Shown: piece by piece, positions 15,908 to 24,461 of the stretch
Position numbering within the stretch: the first letter of the stretch is position 1
Layout: each line of letters begins with the position of its first letter
IMG/VR virus record: IMGVR_UViG_3300045988_035600
Coordinates: 1-44,420 of that record
From: a virus
Reading direction: 5' to 3' (one strand)
DNA length: 44,420 bases
Made by a program: the position numbers and the translations under genes
The notes under the pieces: model-generated
What the model was told of the DNA's origin: nothing
The model's input: the letters and a program-made list of their open reading frames with translations, nothing else
Databases searched by the model: none

Positions 15908-15935
15908 TCCCGGGGTACTATCCCCGGGAGTTTTT
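15908..15935. terminator. Terminator hairpin between the convergent int and lysin transcription units
   Basis: TCCCGGGG, tactat, CCCCGGGA, then gTTTTT on the plus strand. It abuts the lysin stop codon on the minus strand. Confidence 0.7.
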
Positions 15936-17304
15936 ATTTATGAATTTCTGAAATTCTGGTAAATACGCCCTTCGGGACAAACTCAAATACAAACCCATCA
16001 TCATTCGGGTACGGGATTCTGACGAAGTACCATTTAAGTCCCGAACTGTCAGTTTCTGTGTACTTCATCACATCCACGACCGCACCCTTTTTGAGTTTCG
16101 GGAACAGCTTGGACGGGCTTTTGGTGTTCGATTTGGTATAACATTTGCTGTCTTTTTTCATTCGGGCTACATAGGCAACTGTATTTTGCTTTTTCGTAAC
16201 AGTGTCATTTGCCGCCGCACCATTTTCGGAATATCGCAAAACGCAATCCCACGGGTAATTTCTGTAGCTTCTAATCAGGAACTCTTTTCCTGTCTGGTCT
16301 CCCGGCTGTCCGCCATGAGCAGTACCTTTTTCGTTGATACTGGCTTCTACTTCTTTTCCATTTCCGCAGTACATTGCGACATGGTGTGTCTCATTAAGTA
16401 GCACATCTCCTCTTAAAAGTCCAGAACCAGTTGAACGATTAACTTTGCTGGTCACGTCTTTGAACCCGCATGAAAGAAATACAGTTCTCATATCACCAGT
16501 ATAGGTGGCTCCTTTTGTTTTGACCGGAACTCCGGCGTTCTGCCACGCCTGAATCACCGCTGAAGAACAGTCAAAATCTCCTTTTTCTCCCCAGCGATAA
16601 TCCTGATCGTACCCATGAGAGCTGTCCTGTGCCCATGATTCCATTTGTTTTGTTGCTTTTTCTGTCTTGCTCATATTATCTTGCACCTCCTCTGGGAAAT
16701 ATTTTTTTAACGCGTTATAAACAAATCTCTGCCGGCTCTTATATGCCCCGACTTGGTTCCCTGTATCGGTCTGGCAAGCTGCATAGAGATTATCGAGCGT
16801 ATATGGTTTCTTAGTCTTTGCCAGAATCCTCGTTACTGCTCCCTGTCCACCTTGGTGTCTAAAGTTCACGCACATAGCTTGCGCTCTAGTATCCGTAACG
16901 CCCTGTTTAAGGGCTTCATCTGCATAGGCGGCTAATTGCTCATCCATAAGGCTATCTTGGCATTTAACGCCCAAATCGGACGAAATAAGGGCAATTATGG
17001 TATCAGCAAGCTGTGATACTCGGGAAATATTGAAACAATCCCAGTTTGCGGTCTGGACTTGTTCCAAAAGTCTGACCTTGTCTATTTTCTCCCACTGTTC
17101 CGGGTCGGCATTGTAAATCCGTTCCAGAAGGATCTTGGATTCAGTTGCGTACCATGCTCCTGCCCCGATTGTGATTGCGTGTTCTTCAGAAGAATTAGTG
17201 TAGGCTTCTGTGAAGTCCGAATAATCTTGCTGTCCGTAAACCTGTCCGCCGGTTTCGACTGCGTAAATAATCTTTCTGAGAACTGCTTTCTGCTCGTTTG
17301 TCAT
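15934..17304 (-). CDS. Endolysin: N-terminal lysozyme-like domain (tentative), NlpC/P60 endopeptidase, C-terminal SH3b-like domain
   Basis: GDFDCSSAVIQAW...THHVAMYCGNGKEVEAS gives the NlpC/P60 Cys-His pair. The C-terminus ...KKGAVVDVMKYTETDSSGLKWYFVRI is SH3-like. The N-terminus AVETGGQVYGQQDYSDFT...AITIGAGAW is reminiscent of the T4-lysozyme E/D/T spacing. Confidence 0.8.
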   Translation of the reverse strand: MTNEQKAVLRKIIYAVETGGQVYGQQDYSDFTEAYTNSSEEHAITIGAGAWYATESKILLERIYNADPEQWEKIDKVRLLEQVQTANWDCFNISRVSQLADTIIALISSDLGVKCQDSLMDEQLAAYADEALKQGVTDTRAQAMCVNFRHQGGQGAVTRILAKTKKPYTLDNLYAACQTDTGNQVGAYKSRQRFVYNALKKYFPEEVQDNMSKTEKATKQMESWAQDSSHGYDQDYRWGEKGDFDCSSAVIQAWQNAGVPVKTKGATYTGDMRTVFLSCGFKDVTSKVNRSTGSGLLRGDVLLNETHHVAMYCGNGKEVEASINEKGTAHGGQPGDQTGKEFLIRSYRNYPWDCVLRYSENGAAANDTVTKKQNTVAYVARMKKDSKCYTKSNTKSPSKLFPKLKKGAVVDVMKYTETDSSGLKWYFVRIPYPNDDGFVFEFVPKGVFTRISEIHK

Positions 17305-17390
17305 ATGGAAATCTCCTATATCTTATACTGACACAATTAGACTATTTTATCTGGATAGGTATTTTGTAAATTTTATGAAAGATTCTGGAG

Positions 17391-17651
17391 TTAATTAGTT
17401 TCCACTTTCGGTTCTTCTTCCTTATTAGCATCCATCAGCTCATTATACTGTTCCTCGGTAATCCTGCCCGTTGCGAAGAAAATATCAATCTTATTTTTTA
17501 AATCGTCTGTCAGACCGTTTCTTTCTTTAAGTTTCAGTAATGTTCTATATATTAACAGCAACAAATTTGTCGATTCATCGATCGTCAATTTTAAGCCTGA
17601 AGGATATTTTCCATAATTATCATGCCATTTGAATTGTATGCGATATTCCAC
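17391..17651 (-). CDS. XkdX-like small tail-region protein (GTG start, no clear SD)
   Basis: ...FFATGRITEEQYNELM resembles the XkdX-family C-terminal motif. It sits between the fibre and the lysin. Confidence 0.5.
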   Translation of the reverse strand: MEYRIQFKWHDNYGKYPSGLKLTIDESTNLLLLIYRTLLKLKERNGLTDDLKNKIDIFFATGRITEEQYNELMDANKEEEPKVETN

Positions 17652-17664
17652 TCTTGATGAGTTA

Positions 17665-18501
17665 CTATTTTATAACGTAGGATACAACAGTTTGAAGGTT
17701 CTTACCCGCGTCAACGTTCACACATGGCATAACCTCACCACGCGGTCCTATTCGTATACCTGCGTTGAGTCCTATGGCAGGTGCAAATATTACAGAAGAT
17801 GGCACATATTGTTCGGGCAAAGTCAAGTAAATGTTAAATGCAGATAAAGGCTTTAATGTTTTGATATTAAGGACTAAAGTTACTATCTTACCGTTGCGGA
17901 AGCACGATGTGTAATCACTGTCGCTGATGTTCTTTATATACTCGGTTGGCGTTTCAAGTAGTTTCGTTGAGTCGGTCAGCCGGTTACTATTTAATTCATT
18001 AATCGCGCCCAGGATTGTTTTGTCGTTCGTTTGAAGCTTTGCAAACACTTTATCAGCGATTTTATTAAGGACAAAGTCTGACAGCTTGCTCAGCACACTC
18101 TTTTTCATTCCTGTACCGTCATTGATCGGAAATGCGTCAGTATCGGCTAATGTACCTCTGTTGGTGTAATTGATACCTTCGATTTTTGCAACTGCATTTC
18201 CGACTGCTTTTGCATCTGCAGCTTTACCAGATACCGCGAGGTCTTCATCCGTTCCGGATAAATAACTTCCTGCCGGCTGATAAAGCTTATCGGCATCCGT
18301 CTTTGTTACATAATCTTTTCCTTCAAGATATTTACTTACTGCATTTTCTATCTCTTCTGGAGTCAGTCCGCTAATACCTTTCTGACATAAATCGTATAAA
18401 TATTTCTCTACCCGTGTAATTGGATCCGGGACATTTCCGGTATAACTCCCAGTTAATTTAGCAAGATATTTCTCTTTTCTTGTTATTGGATTATCTATCA
18501 T
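17665..18501 (-). CDS. Tail fibre / receptor-binding protein
   Basis: Duplicated N-terminal motif PITRKEKYLAKLTG / PITRVEKYLYDLCQ, plus KTILGAINELN. Placement and SD aaaggagtaactATG support the call. Confidence 0.7.
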   Translation of the reverse strand: MIDNPITRKEKYLAKLTGSYTGNVPDPITRVEKYLYDLCQKGISGLTPEEIENAVSKYLEGKDYVTKTDADKLYQPAGSYLSGTDEDLAVSGKAADAKAVGNAVAKIEGINYTNRGTLADTDAFPINDGTGMKKSVLSKLSDFVLNKIADKVFAKLQTNDKTILGAINELNSNRLTDSTKLLETPTEYIKNISDSDYTSCFRNGKIVTLVLNIKTLKPLSAFNIYLTLPEQYVPSSVIFAPAIGLNAGIRIGPRGEVMPCVNVDAGKNLQTVVSYVIK

Positions 18502-18631
18502 AGTTACTCCTTTCTGAATGAATTTTACATTCCGAGACTGTCTATTTTAATTATATCACGTAGACGATTTATAGCTCTGTACCAATCAACTAATAGTACG
18601 GTCAGGGCTGAGATTTTGATGGTTTTTGAGC

Positions 18632-18736
18632 AAATAAGGGCTTATTTCGGTTTTTATGGAAAATGCGCTCTTATTTGCGGTTTTGGGGCTCTTATTTGGC
18701 GAAATTAATATTGAAATAAGCAAAAATTCCTTATTT
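18632..18736. repeat. Cluster of six AAATAAG/CTTATTT heptamers, including the 11-mer GCTCTTATTTG x2 spaced 21 bp
   Basis: CTTATTT at 18641, 18670, 18691 and 18730. AAATAAG at 18632 and 18714. All lie within a 250-bp non-coding gap in the tail-fibre module. Confidence 0.6.
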
Positions 18737-18752
18737 TGCATCCTAAAAGAAC

Positions 18753-19391
18753 CTATTCTTCAAGCATATATTTAAGAACATCTTCTGCAGATTTGAATGC
18801 ACCGCTTCCTGATGTGTATATTGTTGCAGGAAAGTTGGAAGTCGAAGGACCAGGTCCATAATTCAAAGGTCGTGGTAAAACCGAAAATGTTCCATCGCTA
18901 TTTGAGGTACCAACTCCAAATATATTTCCGTTCCCTTTCACGCTATTGTGGCTCATTTCCCAACTAATGGTTTCGTCAAGAAGTTCTCCTTTCATGTTTC
19001 TCATTCTTAACGTGTACAATACATTTTTCTGGTTAATATACTGTAATATAGTGCTAGGGACTCTTTTCGCTTTAAACATAATACATGCTGATTCATAATA
19101 TGAACGGCCAGATTCTTGTTTGACATATATTCCAGCTTTTTCAATATCTGTGAAATATATTTTTCCATCTTCGGTCTGATTACGAACAGAAATTTCACAT
19201 TCACAAGGATATTGAGTGCCGTCATAGTCGACGTGTGTCCACACTGTTCTTACAGCACAAATTTCTTTCATTGGAGGTATTCCAGATTTTTCCCACAGTA
19301 AAATATCGCCACCATAAATCTTCGTTACGTCCTTGCCTTTGACAGGAAACCCAGTGATTTCCTGTCTGTTCAAAAATGCCTTATATATCAT
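18753..19391 (-). CDS. Hypothetical tail/baseplate accessory protein
   Basis: 212-aa track ORF directly after the Tal gene. No family recognised. Confidence 0.7.
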   Translation of the reverse strand: MIYKAFLNRQEITGFPVKGKDVTKIYGGDILLWEKSGIPPMKEICAVRTVWTHVDYDGTQYPCECEISVRNQTEDGKIYFTDIEKAGIYVKQESGRSYYESACIMFKAKRVPSTILQYINQKNVLYTLRMRNMKGELLDETISWEMSHNSVKGNGNIFGVGTSNSDGTFSVLPRPLNYGPGPSTSNFPATIYTSGSGAFKSAEDVLKYMLEE

Positions 19392-19395
19392 CCTA

Positions 19396-22300
19396 TCATT
19401 TCTCCTCGAATGTGAAATACAATGTATCTGCCCGGTCAGTTCCTGAAGCTACTAGAGCGTCATAATCAGCTTTTTTTATTCGTTTTACACATCTTAATTG
19501 TGCCTTTTTCAATTTCTCAGAAGTGCTACCAGAGTCACCAGAACCGTCCGTAAAATCATTAATCGTTGCCGGCGAAAATTCAGAATCCGAACCGTCTGTA
19601 AATTCCGCATAACTGATTGTCGGCATTTCTGATCGGGTGCGGTTGACGGTTCCAGATATTTCGGGAGTGTATTTTCCTAACTGCTGACTGTTACTATTAA
19701 ACGGTGCGTTGTTAGCAGAATAGGTGTCAATCATGTCTGTAGCGCCGATATTGAGCGTTCTGCTCATGATGTATGAATGAACGTACCATTGCAGTTCCGT
19801 AGGTTCCTGATCGTCGTGCTGAATCTGCTTTTTATAGTAGAGTTCGACTGCCTGTCCAACCATGTTCAGTGGGTTTCCTTGAACTTCTGCGGTATATTTT
19901 TGCGCGCGATAATATTTCCGCAAATCTTGGTTTACGAATACGCCATAGCAAATTTTCATAATTGGTTCAGTCCTTGAAATGCCGCCATATTCGTCTGCAT
20001 CCCAAACGTAGTTTAACCAGTCCTCGTTTCCTACAAAAAAGCTGTTTCGATTATAATAAACATTGTTCTCGTAAGCTTCCTGCGCCGTATAATCGCCTTG
20101 TGTAAATCCGAATGCTCGATTTGGGTCTGGGTCTGTAAAAATGATATTCGGAAACCAGATTCTTCCCTCAGTGGCTTGGAAACTTTTGAATGTATCAAGA
20201 TGTACTTCTTCGTTATTGTAGTATTTATAAATGTTCTGATCACCGGTGGTCTGCCCGTATTTATAACTGTTCTGACGGAGCTTCAAATACTCAAACTTGC
20301 CGTCCCTGTTCATCCATCCAAAACGGTCATTCTGTAAGCATAAATCTTTCAAAATATTGACTACGTTCATCTCATTTGAGTTATTCGTATCAGGGACATA
20401 GGTGTCGTCCCAATGCAACTTTGTACTAACTTGTTCGAGTCCCAAAAACTCAAATAATTTATCCCTGAATTGCTTTTGAGTCAGCTTTTTCTTTTTATCA
20501 GTCGTTTGGTTTTTGTACCATCTAGCAATGTCAGTATTTCGCAATTTATACAAATAATCATATGCAATAAAATTACGTGTTAATGAGTTTGCTTTTCGCT
20601 CTGCACTGTCGATTTCACCTGTAAAAATTTTAATTCTTGTTCCTTTTCTCTCGATGTAAACTTCGATTTTTCCATGCGGATAAAACTCTTCCGAGGTACC
20701 GTTAAACTGGTCGTGGTGAGCCTGAAACGTTATCTGATTGCAGACACAACCGCCGAATATGAAATACTGTTCTGAACAAATAGACTCCTGCAAAGTAAGC
20801 GTATTCTTGTCGATATTTTCATTTGTAAGGTCAGCAAATTCGCCGTTAATCCAGTGTACTGTAACATTGATTGGTTTAGTTTTTTCTTCTTCAACTTCAC
20901 CAGAGCCGCCGCCAGAACCACCACTTGAACTATCATCAAATGGGTTTTTCCCGTCGTTCGTGACTTTAATTTGAAAACTGTCAGAACCGACAAATTTAGA
21001 AACCCCGTTGGCTGTGACATTATAAGAAACCGTGATAGTCTTAGAACCCGCACTGGAACTATCGAAGCCAGAAATATCATAATCTGTAATTTCTTTCTCG
21101 GTTCCGTCCTGTCTTACTTCTGCAACAGTCAGCCCGGACGGGTCGAATGCTTCTCCGATTTTGTAATAAATCTTGGATGGAAAACTTGTGATTCTTATTC
21201 CTGAAAGATCGTATACGGTCACTTTAAAGGTAGTGGTATGGGTTTTATAGGTTACTGTGATTGTTTTTTCACCAACAGAACTGCTGTCAAATCCAGATAC
21301 TTCAAACCCAGTTGTTATTGTTTCTGATGTTCCGTCAGTGTATTTAACAAGGATTGTCAATCCAGTTGTGTCGAATACATCTCCTTTCGGATATTCGGTT
21401 TTTACAGGCATAGTTTTTACTTCGATTCCAGAAATGTCTACCACGAGAATACTGAAATCCACGGTCTTTTCATCGAATGTAACCGTTACAGTTTTATTTC
21501 CATACGTGGACATATCCGGGTTTGACAGGGTATAACCGGTTACTTGTTCGGACGTATTATCATTGTAATATGCAGTAATTATGAGTCCTGCGCTGTCAAA
21601 TGTTTCGCCTACAAAATATCTGATTTTGGTTGGCATATGAGTAATTTCAAGTCTGGTTACTCGGATTAACCATGTAATTGTGCCTGCTGCTCCCCATGGG
21701 GAACCAGAAATTTCATTAGTTTTCTTGTTAAGCGTGATATTCGCTGAATTGGTTTCTCCGAAAGCATTTTCGCCAATGCTTATCACACTTGCCGGAATGA
21801 ATACATTTGTAAGCTTTGTTCCGAGAAATGCTTGTTTTCCAATAGTTTGTACACCGTCTGACAATGTTAATTTTTCAAGCATAGTATTTGAAAAAGCGCT
21901 TTCATGAATAGCTTTTACGCTCGGAGGAATGGTGATTTCTGTAATTTTGCAACTAGCGAAGCATTCCCTTGGGATTTCGGTAATTCCATTTTCCAATGTT
22001 ACAGATTTTAGCGTCGATGAACACGGAACAAATACATGATCACCAGTGAGCTTAACTGCTCCTTTTAAGATCAGCGTTTCCAATACCCCACTAAGTATTC
22101 CTGTCACGCTAGTTCCAGTAAACGTACCGCCGCGTACTACTAGATTTTTGCATTTTGGTATGAATAGTCCATTTGAGTTATCGAATGGCACATTTGCATC
22201 ACCTATTTCGACATTTTCTATCGTTACTCCACTAAAAGCTCCGGATGATAATGAAACTAATGATTTCGGGAATACAATTTTTTTTAAATTTGAACATTCT

Positions 22301-23958
22301 CCAAATGTGCCGCCCTCAATTGTTTGTAAACCATCATGAAAAAGTAGTTCTGTTAGATTAGGACAAGAGTAAAACACACCTCCTAGAATCGTTTTAAGCG
22401 ATGATGGAAATTCAAGTTTAGTTCCTAAAAAAATTGAAAAATTTCCACGTTCGATTTCTGCGATCGTGTTTGAAAAAACAATGCTTTCCAATTTTTTGAA
22501 TGAGGAACTAAATCCGCTCCTAATGCCAGTGATTCCGTCTCCAAAAACCATTTTTGTGCATCTTTTATATAAGCTGTCAGGAATAGAAATGTCGGATTTC
22601 TCTAAACTATCAGATAAACTATATGTGAATTTTCCAGTTCCAGATATGGTTAAAGTATTTGCATCAATGTCGAATTCGGCTGTCACATCTTCGTAATTCG
22701 GAGAACCGATATGTATCAAAAGAGAACTGTATACTGTGACATTTGACGTAATTGCCACGCCAAAATATTCTACATTAATAGGAATTACACCGGCTTCCAA
22801 AAGCGCCTTATTTTCAATTGTGTATCCGCTTGTCACTTCCTCTGAGCCGTCTGAGTATTCTACAGTTATATAAGATACCTTAAGATCTAATGCATCACCG
22901 ACAAAATAATATTTGCCTTGACAAAATATGTCCGAGATTCTTTCTGGTTGCATAATAGTAACTTCAAATGTACAAGTGAAACTGCCATAATGAACTGTAA
23001 TTTCACATTGCTTTGGAGAACTACTGTCAAAACCAGAATATGTACAATCTTTTGTGACATCTATAGTATTTCCATCACTTGCCGTTGCAGTTACCACAAT
23101 TCCCGTAGAATCAAATTCTTTCCCTATGTGATAATTCACCTTGCTTGGCATAGTGATTACTGATATGGCGGTAATAGAAGCTTCTGAGACAGAAATCTCA
23201 AATGTTGTGGTCTTGCCAAATGCAGTAACGGTTATAACTTTTGTTCCTGCGGAACTGCTGTCGAATCCAGATACTTCAAATCCAGTTGTTATTGTTCCTG
23301 ATGTGCCGTCATTGTATGTTCGAGACACCACAAGACCCGTGGCGTCAAATAATTCGCCCTGATAGTATATGGTCTTATCTGGCATTTTTGACACAGTAAT
23401 TCCAGTGACATATTTGTCAACAAACTTCTCATAGCTGACTTTCTGTGATACACCTGCGTTCTTTACCAGAATCGAAACTGGAACCGTAGAAGATACGGAA
23501 AGAGTTAGGTTTGTTGTGGTTTTACCGTCGGTGATTGACGATGTACCAGTGTATGAACTGCTTGTAGGTCTCTGAACAACATTGATAAATAATGTCTGCC
23601 CCTCTATCAAGAATACTTCGTATTTCAGCGCATATGACGAGGATGTGCTTGAATAATACACATATCCTTCAATCCTGATTTTGAGGAATCTTTTCCCCGA
23701 CGTAAGTGTTCCTTCCTGTCGGTAAATATAATAAACCGCGCCATCCCTGCGCCAGATTTTGAGTTGTTCGGCGTTTTGCCCGAAACCGATAAAATTGTTT
23801 CCTGAAACATATATGGTACTGGCGGTCTTTCCTGCATAGGTAAACCAATCAACACCTGTTACACTGACTACATCATCGTCGTGCTTCTTGTTGTTAACAA
23901 TAGCAGTCATCCCGGTCGTTGTATTCAATAAACTGTCAAAAGATACTGTATCTGCCAT
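19396..23958 (-). CDS. Giant tail protein: N-terminal jelly-roll-like domain, Big_3-type Ig repeats, BspA-type LRR, more Big_3 Ig repeats, Gly linker, and a C-terminal Tal / prophage-tail-endopeptidase-like domain
   Basis: The start is at MADTVSF after gggaggatgattATG (track start 24009 has no SD). Repeats ...Y.GE.FD.TGL.V...Y.DGTS..IT.GFEVSGFDSSS.G.K.ITVT... The LRR reads ...I..G.F..C..L..I.FP.S... Linker SSSGGSGGGSG, then INVTVHWINGEF... Confidence 0.85.
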   Translation of the reverse strand: MADTVSFDSLLNTTTGMTAIVNNKKHDDDVVSVTGVDWFTYAGKTASTIYVSGNNFIGFGQNAEQLKIWRRDGAVYYIYRQEGTLTSGKRFLKIRIEGYVYYSSTSSSYALKYEVFLIEGQTLFINVVQRPTSSSYTGTSSITDGKTTTNLTLSVSSTVPVSILVKNAGVSQKVSYEKFVDKYVTGITVSKMPDKTIYYQGELFDATGLVVSRTYNDGTSGTITTGFEVSGFDSSSAGTKVITVTAFGKTTTFEISVSEASITAISVITMPSKVNYHIGKEFDSTGIVVTATASDGNTIDVTKDCTYSGFDSSSPKQCEITVHYGSFTCTFEVTIMQPERISDIFCQGKYYFVGDALDLKVSYITVEYSDGSEEVTSGYTIENKALLEAGVIPINVEYFGVAITSNVTVYSSLLIHIGSPNYEDVTAEFDIDANTLTISGTGKFTYSLSDSLEKSDISIPDSLYKRCTKMVFGDGITGIRSGFSSSFKKLESIVFSNTIAEIERGNFSIFLGTKLEFPSSLKTILGGVFYSCPNLTELLFHDGLQTIEGGTFGECSNLKKIVFPKSLVSLSSGAFSGVTIENVEIGDANVPFDNSNGLFIPKCKNLVVRGGTFTGTSVTGILSGVLETLILKGAVKLTGDHVFVPCSSTLKSVTLENGITEIPRECFASCKITEITIPPSVKAIHESAFSNTMLEKLTLSDGVQTIGKQAFLGTKLTNVFIPASVISIGENAFGETNSANITLNKKTNEISGSPWGAAGTITWLIRVTRLEITHMPTKIRYFVGETFDSAGLIITAYYNDNTSEQVTGYTLSNPDMSTYGNKTVTVTFDEKTVDFSILVVDISGIEVKTMPVKTEYPKGDVFDTTGLTILVKYTDGTSETITTGFEVSGFDSSSVGEKTITVTYKTHTTTFKVTVYDLSGIRITSFPSKIYYKIGEAFDPSGLTVAEVRQDGTEKEITDYDISGFDSSSAGSKTITVSYNVTANGVSKFVGSDSFQIKVTNDGKNPFDDSSSGGSGGGSGEVEEEKTKPINVTVHWINGEFADLTNENIDKNTLTLQESICSEQYFIFGGCVCNQITFQAHHDQFNGTSEEFYPHGKIEVYIERKGTRIKIFTGEIDSAERKANSLTRNFIAYDYLYKLRNTDIARWYKNQTTDKKKKLTQKQFRDKLFEFLGLEQVSTKLHWDDTYVPDTNNSNEMNVVNILKDLCLQNDRFGWMNRDGKFEYLKLRQNSYKYGQTTGDQNIYKYYNNEEVHLDTFKSFQATEGRIWFPNIIFTDPDPNRAFGFTQGDYTAQEAYENNVYYNRNSFFVGNEDWLNYVWDADEYGGISRTEPIMKICYGVFVNQDLRKYYRAQKYTAEVQGNPLNMVGQAVELYYKKQIQHDDQEPTELQWYVHSYIMSRTLNIGATDMIDTYSANNAPFNSNSQQLGKYTPEISGTVNRTRSEMPTISYAEFTDGSDSEFSPATINDFTDGSGDSGSTSEKLKKAQLRCVKRIKKADYDALVASGTDRADTLYFTFEEK

Positions 23959-24021
23959 AATCATCCTCCCATCTATAAAATAAAAGAGCACATGAGCTGT
24001 GACACCCATGCACTCTGGTTG

Positions 24022-24453
24022 TTAGTATTCGATCAGTGCGATTCGGATGCTTGAATAAAACACCATCCCTCTTTTTTTATCAATTTCATTGATTGTAAAG
24101 TCAATATCTGGAACATATACTTTTGCATTCGTATATGTATTTGTTTCGTCATTCCAGTAGGTGATATTTGCTTTACGCTCTTGCTTATTGATAATTGAGG
24201 AATTCATTACATTTTGAATTTTTATTTTTTCTTCTAGGGTTAAATCGTCAACTGTTTCAAATTCTATCTTTGTACGATAATGCGGGAGTGTGTCCCTGTG
24301 CAAATATCCTTTCATATCTGTCCATGAATCATTTTCAAGTCTTTGATTCGGTGTGCTTTTCCATGTTGCTCTTTTGATAAATTCATGTGGAAATTCTTGA
24401 GTCCCGAATTTTAATAGCCATCCCTGAAAATTCCCTGAACTAAATTTGCTCAT
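24022..24453 (-). CDS. Distal tail protein-like (Dit position, short at 143 aa)
   Basis: Position between the tape measure and Tal genes. SD gggtaggtgagcacATG. Confidence 0.55.
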   Translation of the reverse strand: MSKFSSGNFQGWLLKFGTQEFPHEFIKRATWKSTPNQRLENDSWTDMKGYLHRDTLPHYRTKIEFETVDDLTLEEKIKIQNVMNSSIINKQERKANITYWNDETNTYTNAKVYVPDIDFTINEIDKKRGMVFYSSIRIALIEY

Positions 24454-24461
24454 GTGCTCAC

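Noticed and set aside
23959-24009. Track start (ATG 24009) of the giant tail protein.
   Set aside because: It has no SD and begins 12 nt after the upstream stop. The ATG at 23958 is preceded by gggaggatgatt, so the shorter form was annotated.
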